A DNA stretch of 64,000 nucleotides, taken from the NCBI GenBank assembly GCA_044440125.1, contig JBITAJ010000015.1:265178-329177 (forward strand). Direction: 5' to 3'. The DNA comes from Sedimentisphaeraceae bacterium JB056 (GTDB lineage Bacteria; Planctomycetota; Phycisphaerae; Sedimentisphaerales; Sedimentisphaeraceae). The position numbers and the translations under genes are program-made. The notes beneath the pieces are model-generated. The model saw only the letters and a list, made by a program, of their open reading frames with translations. It did no database searches and was not told the DNA's origin. Below are positions 51,883 to 60,083 of the stretch, one piece after another (the first letter of the stretch is position 1; each line of letters opens with the position of its first letter).

Positions 51883-51921
51883 AAAAAAGCCGGCAAATTG
51901 TCTTAAGTTGCCGGCTTTTTT
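51883..51921. terminator. Bidirectional terminator
   Basis: A6-GCCGGCAA...TTGCCGGC-T6. Confidence 0.88.
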
Positions 51922-51945
51922 ATATAGTAATAAACTGTCTGATTT

Positions 51946-52944
51946 TTAGTCTTTTATTACTTTAAGGATTTCCTCAAAGCTTTCGCAGTAGTGGTTGCAC
52001 AAGCCCAGTGTGCCGCCGTCAATGATGTTGCCGTCCTTGATGCCGATTGCGCCGAATCCAGAGAGCCTGATTGATGAAATTCCCGCACTGCTGTCTTCTA
52101 TGCCTATGACGTTGTGTCTGTCTTCAACTTCCAGACCGAGGCCTACTCTTGCTACTTCTGCGTAGAGCCATGGGTGTGGTTTGGGTGAGAGTTCACCGAG
52201 CGTGCCGCAACTGCCTTTTCTAAGCGGGAAGCCGGCAGTTATTATTGCATCATAGAAGTCGTCAGGCTTGCCCATGTTTAAAGTATGGAACGCTGATAGT
52301 ATTTCAGGATACGCCTTTTCGTAGAGACCTGATGTTACGAGGCCAAGCTTAACGCCCATTCCTTTGAGTTCGAGCAAGAATTCCTTGATGCCAGGCGATG
52401 GAGTGAAAGCACCTTCTTTGCCGTGACCTTCCATGATTGCCTGCATTTCTCTGTGAGTATGCTCGAAGTAGAATGTACGAGCCTCTTCGACTGTTTTGTC
52501 GGGGCAGTACTTGTTTATGCAATGCTTGAGGTGTTCGGATACGCTGTGGCCGGAAACGAACGGCAGGTCTGAATCCTCAAGTTCGAATTTTGGGTTGTCA
52601 AGCAGGCTTGCGGTTGTCTGCTCGATTATCCAGATCCAGAATTCTTCGCTGCGGACTGTTGTGCCGTCAAGATCCATTAGTACTGCCTTGATCGGCTTTT
52701 CGATTTTAACATCAGGTACAGGGTAGTAAGCAGGGTAGCCCATTGCACTTTTGACGAATGCTATGGTGTTTTTTTCGAAGCATATGAATTCTACTTTCAT
52801 ATCGCCTGTAGCGAGAATTTCGACTACGCCATTTACGCCTTTTTTGTAAAAGCCGTCGCTGCATTGCTCGAGCTGAACAAATCCGCTGTTTTCCCTGATA
52901 ATGCCTATGCCCGGGAATGTCTTACCTGTTATACAATCTGACAC
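51946..52944 (-). CDS. HAD-family phosphatase with about 80-aa N-terminal extension
   Basis: DLDGT (motif I), VTSG, KPHP, IEDS; GTG start. Confidence 0.85.
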   Translation of the reverse strand: MSDCITGKTFPGIGIIRENSGFVQLEQCSDGFYKKGVNGVVEILATGDMKVEFICFEKNTIAFVKSAMGYPAYYPVPDVKIEKPIKAVLMDLDGTTVRSEEFWIWIIEQTTASLLDNPKFELEDSDLPFVSGHSVSEHLKHCINKYCPDKTVEEARTFYFEHTHREMQAIMEGHGKEGAFTPSPGIKEFLLELKGMGVKLGLVTSGLYEKAYPEILSAFHTLNMGKPDDFYDAIITAGFPLRKGSCGTLGELSPKPHPWLYAEVARVGLGLEVEDRHNVIGIEDSSAGISSIRLSGFGAIGIKDGNIIDGGTLGLCNHYCESFEEILKVIKD

Positions 52945-53050
52945 TATAATATTCCTTGAGATAAAATCGATTTAAGCAACTTTTCGTCCATTATCTAATG
53001 AACAAACGCATGGAATTATACATATTCTGCGTTTTTTTCAAGATAATTAA

Positions 53051-53698
53051 TTATAGAATAGCTTCTACTTTGTCTAATGCGTCTGCCAAATTTTCGGCTA
53101 TCATATCGGCTTCGGAGAGTTCTTCGGCGGAGAATGAGGACGTTAGTCCAAGGCATATTGCTCCTGCTTTTTTGGCGGCGGTAACGCCTGTTACCGCATC
53201 TTCGACTACAATACATTCAGTTGCCGGCACGCCGATTCTCTCTGCAGCTAACAGGAATATATCCGGCGATGGTTTCTTGTGTTCTACATCTTCGCCGCAA
53301 ATGACCGCTTCAAATTCACTTTGCTGCAGGCCGATTTCTTTGAGATTGCCGTCTACCTTGCGTTTATCTGCGCTTGATGCAACTGCCAGCTTGAGGTTTT
53401 TGCTTTTGCACATATCAATGAAATCCCTGACACCTTCGAGCGGCTGGAGATTGCCTATGATTATATCAAGATATATATCGTAAGTACGTTTTTTGGCTTC
53501 TTTAATATCAAGGTCGATGCCGTACTTCTCGGCTACGCCGCCGATGTAGCGGTCTTCGCCTGTGCCGACGAAATCAAGAAAGTCTTCAGGCTTTACTTTG
53601 CTGCCTTTTTCTTCGAACATTTTGCATGCCGCTTTGCAGATGAATTCCTCAGAGTCAACGAGGACTCCGTCCATATCGAAAATAATACCTTTTATCAT
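53051..53698 (-). CDS. HAD-IA phosphatase (beta-PGM/HxpB-like)
   Basis: IFDMDGVLVDSE, VASS, KKPSPDIF, VEDAVTG. Confidence 0.9.
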   Translation of the reverse strand: MIKGIIFDMDGVLVDSEEFICKAACKMFEEKGSKVKPEDFLDFVGTGEDRYIGGVAEKYGIDLDIKEAKKRTYDIYLDIIIGNLQPLEGVRDFIDMCKSKNLKLAVASSADKRKVDGNLKEIGLQQSEFEAVICGEDVEHKKPSPDIFLLAAERIGVPATECIVVEDAVTGVTAAKKAGAICLGLTSSFSAEELSEADMIAENLADALDKVEAIL

Positions 53699-53823
53699 TT
53701 TTTAGGTTCCTTCCGTAGATTGTTAGTAAACAGATAATAATTTAGTCTTAAGGGGCGATTTTGCAAGTTAATTTCTTGAAAGGGCGTTTTTTAACGCGAT
53801 GAGGCAATTAAGAGGTAGGTTTT

Positions 53824-53869
53824 TATGGACAGTATGGACTAAATGGACTGAATGGACTTTTATGGACAG
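53824..53869. repeat. 9-bp period tandem repeat (ATGGAC core x5)
   Basis: ATGGAC at 53825, 53834, 53843, 53852 and 53862. Confidence 0.85.
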
Positions 53870-53893
53870 GTGATGTTTTGTTGAGTTGAAATG

Positions 53894-53926
53894 AAAAAAG
53901 CCCCTGCTTTTGCTGCAGAGGCTTTT
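53894..53926 (-). terminator. uxuA terminator
   Basis: A6-GCCCCTGC...GCAGAGGC-T4. Confidence 0.75.
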
Positions 53927-53931
53927 GTTGT

Positions 53932-54987
53932 TTATTTTTGGTTTTCGGCGTTTCTGTTTATTGCTTCCCAGAGACCGTTTAGGTACATTGCACCGAGTGC
54001 TCTGTCGTACAGTCCGTAGCCAGGGTGGCCTGTCTCTCCCCATATCATACGTCCGTGGTCCGGCCGCATTGGTCCGTCAAAGTCTATTTCGTGGTACGCC
54101 TTCATTATGTCGAACATGTCGAGGCTGCCGCAGTTAGTAGGGTGCGGGGCTTCGTGGAAAGATTTTCTGCTTACATGCTTTACGTTACGGCAATGAGCAA
54201 AGACGATCTTGCCTTTTGCTCCGAATTCACGGATGATAGCCGCTACATTGTTCTTCGGATCTGCTCCGAGTGAGCCGCTGCATAGAGAAATGCCGTTGGA
54301 AGGGCTGTTTACCATTTCAGTAAGTATTTTGAGGTCTTTTCTGTTTTTAACGATTCTCGGCAGACCAAATATCGGCCATGGCGGATCGTCCTGATGGATA
54401 CCCATTTTGACGCCATGCTGCTCGGCGACAGGTATGACTCGTTTGAGGAAGTATTCAAGGTTTTCACGGAGTTTGTCTTCATTTATCTCTTTATATGCTT
54501 CGAGAAGGGCGTTGAGTTTTTTGGAGCTATAGGCCGCACCCCAACCGGGAAGGTCGTGTGTACCCTGAGTCAGGTCGATTTTTTTTATCTGGCGTTCGCT
54601 GTAGCTGAGACAGTTTGAGCCGTCTGGCAGTACCATGCGGAGGTCTGAGCGAGTCCAGTCGAATACCGGCATGAAGTTATAGCATACTACAGGTATTCCT
54701 ACCTGACCGGCATTTTCAACGCTTGCACAGTAGTTATCTATAAGTTCATCCCTTGTATCAAGGCCGAGCTTTATATCTTCGTGTACCGGTATGCTTTCAA
54801 TAGCGGCAAAGTTCAAGCCCTCGGACTCTATTTTGTCCTTTCTGGTTATCAGCCTGCTTTTATCCCATACCTCGCCTGCCGGTATCTCGTGCAGGGCAGT
54901 TACGATACCTGTCAGGTTGGGTATCTGCTTCATCTTTTTCAGGGTTACGGGGTCATCAATCCCGTACCACCTAAGACACATTTGCAT
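53932..54987 (-). CDS. uxuA: Mannonate dehydratase
   Basis: RWYG, ESIPVHEDIK, CYNFMPVFDWTR, HQDDPPW, RPDHGR, GYGLYDRALG. Confidence 0.96.
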   Translation of the reverse strand: MQMCLRWYGIDDPVTLKKMKQIPNLTGIVTALHEIPAGEVWDKSRLITRKDKIESEGLNFAAIESIPVHEDIKLGLDTRDELIDNYCASVENAGQVGIPVVCYNFMPVFDWTRSDLRMVLPDGSNCLSYSERQIKKIDLTQGTHDLPGWGAAYSSKKLNALLEAYKEINEDKLRENLEYFLKRVIPVAEQHGVKMGIHQDDPPWPIFGLPRIVKNRKDLKILTEMVNSPSNGISLCSGSLGADPKNNVAAIIREFGAKGKIVFAHCRNVKHVSRKSFHEAPHPTNCGSLDMFDIMKAYHEIDFDGPMRPDHGRMIWGETGHPGYGLYDRALGAMYLNGLWEAINRNAENQK

Positions 54988-55026
54988 TGTTAAATCTCCG
55001 AATTTTGTGTTGTTTAGTGTTGTTGT

Positions 55027-55053
55027 TTAATATATCGTGTTGTGATATATTAA
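55027..55053. promoter_or_regulatory. Perfect palindrome upstream of uxuA, putative operator
   Basis: TTAATATATC-N7-GATATATTAA. Confidence 0.55.
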
Positions 55054-55131
55054 GAGTCGTGTATTTTTATCACAAAATAGCGAAGAAATCAACTTTAAAA
55101 CGATTATTTTGGTACAATAATTATTTAAAAT

Positions 55132-55165
55132 AAAAAAAGGCCGGCAAAATTGATTGCCAGCCTTT
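55132..55165 (-). terminator. ettA terminator
   Basis: A7-GGCCGGCAA...TTGCCAGCC-TTT. Confidence 0.75.
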
Positions 55166-55180
55166 GATATATCAGGTTGT

Positions 55181-56854
55181 TTATTTTAGCTTTATCTGCT
55201 TGTATTTGCTTCTTCTGTGTGCGAGTCTTTCTGGATTCTGAGCCTGAACCTTTTCTTCGTAGGCAGAGAAGTTCCCCTGGAACCATTGTGTGTTGCCATT
55301 ACCCTCAAACACAAGAAGGTGAGTGCATATTCTATCGAGGAAGAAACGATCGTGGCTTATAACCATTGCGCAACCCTTAAAATCTATGATTGCCTGTTCC
55401 AGTACCCGCATTGTATTTACGTCGAGGTCGTTTGTCGGCTCGTCAAGCAGCAGTAAGTTGCCGCCTTTCTGGAGCATTTTTGCCAGATGTATTCTATTGC
55501 GTTCACCGCCTGAACACTGGCTTACTTTCTTCTGCTGTGATGTGCCGCGGAAGTTGAATCTTGAAACATAAACACGTGAAGCAATGGAAGTGCCGGCGAG
55601 ATCAAGGTTATCCTTGCCGTCAGTTATCTCTTCGAATATTGTTTTTTCTCCATCCAATGCGTCTCTATGCTGGTCAACGTATCCTATTGATACTGAAGGT
55701 CCCATGTCAATGGTGCCCGAATCCGGTGTTTCCTGCTCTGTTATAAGCCTGAACATTGTTGTTTTTCCGATACCGTTGGGGCCTATAATTCCTACAATAG
55801 CATTTCTCGGAAGCTCAAATGAACAGTCTTCCAGAAGCTTATTGTCGTCATACGACTTTGTTACGTTGTGGAAGCTCATTACTTTTTCGCCAAGCCGCTG
55901 GCCGGAAGGTATCTGTATCATGACGTCGTTCTTGGCGTCTACCGCAGCAGAAGATGCGAGATCTTCATAAGCGTTGATTCTCGCCTGATTTTTCTGGTTT
56001 CTTGCCTTTGCGGAAGTGTTTATCCACTCAAGTTCGCGGGCCAGAACTCGCTGACGCTGAGTTTCTTTCTTTTCGATTACACGCAGCAGTTCGGCTTTTT
56101 GCTTGAGCCATGAGGAATAGTTGCCTTCAAAAGGCAGTCCCTTTGTATTTTCTATTTCCAGAATCCATTTTGTTATGTTGTCGAGGAAATAACGGTCGTG
56201 AGTTACAATTATTACTGTGCCGTGATATTCCCGCAGAGCGGTTTCGAGCCATTGAACAGTTTCTGCATCAAGATGGTTTGTCGGTTCGTCAAGAAGGAGT
56301 ATGTCGGGTTTTTCCAGAAGTGCCATACTCAGGGCAACGCGTCTGCGTTCACCACCAGAGAGCCTGCTTACTGGTACATCATCGGGAGGCAGGACGAGTG
56401 CATCCGCTACCATATCAAGCATTCTGTCCGTTTCCCAGCCATCGCAGGCATCGATCTTGTCCTGGAGTACTCCCATTTCTTCGAGGAGTTCATCCATTTT
56501 GTCGGCGAAATCGGGGTCTCCAAGCTGCTCTGATATCTCATTGAAACGTGCGACCATATCGAGGGTAGGTTTTATTGCCGTCTGGAGATTTTCACGGACG
56601 GTTTTCTCCATTTCAAGCTCAGGTTCCTGGGCTACGTATTTGAGTGTCATTCCGTCGGCAAGCTTTGCAGTTCCCTGAAAGTCCTTGTCGATTCCGGCCA
56701 TTATCTTTAAAAGCGTACTTTTACCGGCTCCATTCTCACCGACAACGCCTATTTTAGCACCGTAAAAGAAAGAGAGTGATATATCCTGTAATATCTGCTT
56801 ATCACCATAGCTTTTACAGACATCTTTCATTTCAAAAACAAATTGTGGAGGCAT
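55181..56854 (-). CDS. ettA: Energy-dependent translational throttle ABC-F protein
   Basis: ISLSFFYGAKIGVVGENGAGKSTLL; two ABC domains; GNYSSWL; 557 aa. Confidence 0.93.
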   Translation of the reverse strand: MPPQFVFEMKDVCKSYGDKQILQDISLSFFYGAKIGVVGENGAGKSTLLKIMAGIDKDFQGTAKLADGMTLKYVAQEPELEMEKTVRENLQTAIKPTLDMVARFNEISEQLGDPDFADKMDELLEEMGVLQDKIDACDGWETDRMLDMVADALVLPPDDVPVSRLSGGERRRVALSMALLEKPDILLLDEPTNHLDAETVQWLETALREYHGTVIIVTHDRYFLDNITKWILEIENTKGLPFEGNYSSWLKQKAELLRVIEKKETQRQRVLARELEWINTSAKARNQKNQARINAYEDLASSAAVDAKNDVMIQIPSGQRLGEKVMSFHNVTKSYDDNKLLEDCSFELPRNAIVGIIGPNGIGKTTMFRLITEQETPDSGTIDMGPSVSIGYVDQHRDALDGEKTIFEEITDGKDNLDLAGTSIASRVYVSRFNFRGTSQQKKVSQCSGGERNRIHLAKMLQKGGNLLLLDEPTNDLDVNTMRVLEQAIIDFKGCAMVISHDRFFLDRICTHLLVFEGNGNTQWFQGNFSAYEEKVQAQNPERLAHRRSKYKQIKLK

Positions 56855-57076
56855 ATATTCCGATCCTTGTATTGATTTAACCTATAAACTGATTTTATTC
56901 TAAATAGTATGCAGGGCGGGTATTATAGCGATTTTTAATGCCAATACAATGATTTCTTGATTATTAGCAATATGTCTTGGGATTTGATTGCTGTGTTTTG
57001 CTGTTAGCGATATTCGGAAAGTATATTTGAAATTATGATGTGCATTCCTACAGTAAATTGTTATAATACCGCACCT

Positions 57077-57445
57077 TGAGCGGGCCGGTCGGTCGCCGGT
57101 TTTTTTAAGCCGGAGGAAAGTCCGGGCAGGACAGGACACGGTGGTGGCTAACGACCACCCGGAGTGATCCGAGGGAAAGTGCCGCAGAAAATATACCGCC
57201 GATGGCCTTTGGGCACAGGTAAGGTTGAAATGGTGCGGTAAGAGCGCACCGCGCTGGCGGTGACGTCAGCGGCAGGGTAAACCCCACCGCCTGCAAGACC
57301 AAATATGCCGGTTTTTAGTCCGAAAGATACCGGCGGGTAGGTCGCTTGCCTTTAAGGCAGAGCTTGTCGGCAACGGCAAGTCAAGTTAAATGGCCGACAC
57401 CAGAACTTAGGTTTTGGTACAGAACCCGGCTTACAGGCCCGCTCA
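57077..57445 (+). ncRNA. rnpB: RNase P RNA (type A scaffold)
   Basis: P1 TGAGCGGGCC/GGCCCGCTCA; GAGGAAAGTCCGGGC; AGTGCCGCAGAAA; GGTAAGAGC; GGTAAACCCC; ACAGAACCCGGCTTA; TATAAT at 57062; T-tract after. Confidence 0.98.
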
Positions 57446-57461
57446 TTTTTTTTGTGACAAA

Positions 57462-57503
57462 AGTTTATAGTTTATAGTTCGTAGTTCGCAGTGCGCAGTT
57501 CGT
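57462..57503. repeat. 7-bp tandem repeat x6
   Basis: AGTTTAT AGTTTAT AGTTCGT AGTTCGC AGTGCGC AGTTCGT. Confidence 0.85.
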
Positions 57504-57567
57504 AGAAAATATGATTGTCGCTATGCGAGAGCTAAGTTCTAATAGGTAAATAAAACAGGATATAAAT

Positions 57568-58239
57568 ATGAATATAAAGGCAATACCACAGGGAAGTTAT
57601 CAGACCAATAGCTATGTTTTAAACCAACAGGGCAGTAATGATTGTGTGATAATTGATACCGGTTTGGAAAATGATGCACTTTTAGCGTACATTGAAGATT
57701 CAGGATTAAATCCGAAAGCACTGCTTTTAACACACGGTCATCTCGATCATATTTACGGCATACCTGTGTTGAGAGAGAAGTATCCTGAGATGAAAGTTTA
57801 TATTCATGAGGATGATTCTCCCATGCTTGGCGATGCCGACTTGAATATGTCTTCATACAGCGGGATTTATACAGATTTTACTACAGGTCCTGCTGATGAA
57901 TTTATTGCGGATAACCAAGAGCTTGAAATTTCGGGAATATGCTTCAAGTTTCTTCATATTCCAGGGCATACCAAAGGCGGTGTGGCGATATACTTACCTT
58001 CTGAGAATGTGATATTTACCGGCGACTGCCTGTTTGCAGGTTCAATAGGAAGAACCGATTTTCCGGGTTATGCTGAAGGTAAGTGCAGGGATCAGCTTGT
58101 TAACGGCATCAAAGAAAAGATTCTTCCATTGAATGAGGAAATCAAGCTGATGCCGGGACACGGCCCATCAACAACTATCAGATGCGAAAAGAAACATAAT
58201 CCGTATCTAAGCGGTAAATTTGATATGTTCAGTTATTAA
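57568..58239 (+). CDS. MBL-fold metallo-hydrolase (glyoxalase II/YcbL-like)
   Basis: THGHLDH, PGHTKG, FTGDCLF, GRTDFPG, PGHG. Confidence 0.92.
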   Translation: MNIKAIPQGSYQTNSYVLNQQGSNDCVIIDTGLENDALLAYIEDSGLNPKALLLTHGHLDHIYGIPVLREKYPEMKVYIHEDDSPMLGDADLNMSSYSGIYTDFTTGPADEFIADNQELEISGICFKFLHIPGHTKGGVAIYLPSENVIFTGDCLFAGSIGRTDFPGYAEGKCRDQLVNGIKEKILPLNEEIKLMPGHGPSTTIRCEKKHNPYLSGKFDMFSY

Positions 58240-58244
58240 AAATA

Positions 58245-58277
58245 AAAAGGGCGGTGATTTTAACTCACTGCCCTTTA
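58245..58277. terminator. Terminator between convergent genes
   Basis: AAAGGGCGGTGA-TTTAAC-TCACTGCCCTTT. Confidence 0.8.
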
Positions 58278-58297
58278 TTTAACGTTTGCTTCAGCTT

Positions 58298-58762
58298 TTA
58301 CTGCTTAATATCTCTGGGGTCAAGACCTTTTTCTATGGAATTGATCTTTTCAACGCGTCTTTTGTGTCTTCCGCCTGAGAATTTAGCTTCGATCCATACT
58401 TCAACTATTTTTCTCAAAGAGCTTTCACCAAGAAGATCCCCCGAGAGGCACAGTACATTTGCGTCGTTGTGCTGGCGTGAAACTCTTGCATTAAGCTCAT
58501 CGAAGCACAATGCTGCACGTATTCCATCAACCTTGTTGGCAGTAATACACATACCTATTCCTGTGCCGCATATAAGAATGGCTCTGTCGGTTTCGCCGCT
58601 TGCTACAGATATCGCAGCCTGATAAGCCATATCAGGGTAGTCAACCGGATGGTTGTCAAATGCCCCAAAGTCTACATAGCTGTGGCCGAGTTGTTCTATA
58701 AGAGCCTTTATTATCTCCTTAGAATCTATTCCTCTGTGGTCGCTTGCTACTGCGATCTTCAT
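58298..58762 (-). CDS. rpiB: Ribose-5-phosphate isomerase B
   Basis: ASDHRG, DYPD, CGTGIGM, ANKVDGIRAA, HNDAN, GRHKRR. Confidence 0.95.
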   Translation of the reverse strand: MKIAVASDHRGIDSKEIIKALIEQLGHSYVDFGAFDNHPVDYPDMAYQAAISVASGETDRAILICGTGIGMCITANKVDGIRAALCFDELNARVSRQHNDANVLCLSGDLLGESSLRKIVEVWIEAKFSGGRHKRRVEKINSIEKGLDPRDIKQ

Positions 58763-59877
58763 ATTAATAATTCTCCAATCCTTTCGTTTATTGCATTCTC
58801 TACTACATCCGCAAATTTAGAATAGACTTCACTGCTGCCATCTGCAGGGTCGCATATGTCATAGTCACCGGCAAGAAGTTTGCATCTGTCTTCTAACTGC
58901 GGGTAAAAATCCACAATTCTTTTCTTTTGATCGGCATCCATAGTCAGTATCAGGTCGCAGCAAAGGATGTCTCGAGGTGCAAGCGGAGTGCTTATATGGT
59001 CAGAAAGATCAAAACCCAGATTTTTACCAAGATTCAATGCCTCTGTTCTTAACGGCTGCTTTATCGGTGCCATAACGCCAGCAGAGCTTATATTGTAGCC
59101 AAACAATCTTAGCCTTTCGACATCGCATCCAATTCGTTTCGAGAGTAATTTACGGCATATCTCGGCGGCTATAGGTGAGCAGCATGTGTTTGTAGAGCAT
59201 ACAAATACTATATTAACCGTTGAGATGTCAGCGATTTCTTCGCTGTTAATTGCACCTTCACGCAAAATGTCAATGTTTCCATTTTTGATTCTTACAACGG
59301 TGCTTCCCATCGATTCTTCACAAGCACCATCGTTTATGATCAGCGGCACTTTCTCGTTGAATGTCTGAAATGCCTGGTCAAAATCAACAGCAGCAGGCAT
59401 GCCTGAAAGATTTGCACTTGTGGCTAATATCGGCACTTGGGCAAGTTCGAGCAGCTTAGAAGTTATCTCATTATCAGGACATCTGACACCTATTGAGTTT
59501 TCTTTATACATTGGCTCCCACTGTTTCCCCAATGCCTTTACCGTTGAGTCTACTTGCTGGTCGGTAAGACTGAAGACTACGGTTACCGGGCCGGGCCAGA
59601 AATTTCTAACCAATTTTGCAGTTCGCATATCGGTTGACTGCACATATTTTTTTAATGATTCAGTGTTGGGAATATGCAGAGAGTAAAATTTTGATAAGTC
59701 TCTTTGTTTCAGCTCATTAAGAGCTTCTATGCCGGCTTTGTCAGCTCGCGCAGCTATACCATAGACGGTTTCTGTTGGGATAACGACCAATCCACCGTTT
59801 TTAAGTATCTCAGCTGCGTTTTTAAGCTTTTCACTATCAGCATACAAATCTTTGGAGTGATAAACCAAGGTATTCAT
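58759..59877 (-). CDS. tsaC: Threonylcarbamoyl-AMP synthase (TsaC/Sua5) fused to an LMW-PTP-like domain
   Basis: PTETVYG, KQR, FWPGPVT, TSANLSG, GSTVV; C-terminal VFVCSTNTCCSP, SAG, DLILTMD, DICDP. Confidence 0.9.
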   Translation of the reverse strand: MNTLVYHSKDLYADSEKLKNAAEILKNGGLVVIPTETVYGIAARADKAGIEALNELKQRDLSKFYSLHIPNTESLKKYVQSTDMRTAKLVRNFWPGPVTVVFSLTDQQVDSTVKALGKQWEPMYKENSIGVRCPDNEITSKLLELAQVPILATSANLSGMPAAVDFDQAFQTFNEKVPLIINDGACEESMGSTVVRIKNGNIDILREGAINSEEIADISTVNIVFVCSTNTCCSPIAAEICRKLLSKRIGCDVERLRLFGYNISSAGVMAPIKQPLRTEALNLGKNLGFDLSDHISTPLAPRDILCCDLILTMDADQKKRIVDFYPQLEDRCKLLAGDYDICDPADGSSEVYSKFADVVENAINERIGELLI

Positions 59878-60044
59878 AAGGGCCGTATTTTACATTAAAC
59901 GATTGTTATTTTCAATTCAAAAGTAATGAAATAATAAAGGCTTTCAACTGCCGGGATGTAGATGTTATATTGAAGGCTATATGCTTATCAAATATTTCGA
60001 ATCTTTAAGTTTTTGTATGTCTCGGCGTTGTATTCATTGTGAAT

Positions 60045-60079
60045 CGTTGCGATGAGTGTTGTCGAGACTCATCGCAACG
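60045..60079. repeat. 13-bp perfect hairpin, REP-like or terminator
   Basis: CGTTGCGATGAGT-N9-ACTCATCGCAACG, just past the GH78 stop, without a clear U-tract. Confidence 0.6.
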
Positions 60080-60083
60080 TAAA

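Noticed and set aside
57105..57302. 65-aa ORF (also 56900..57139)
   Set aside because: Antisense to RNase P RNA.
53824..57503. Short tandem repeats as CRISPR arrays
   Set aside because: Units are 7-10 bp, with no spacers and no cas genes.
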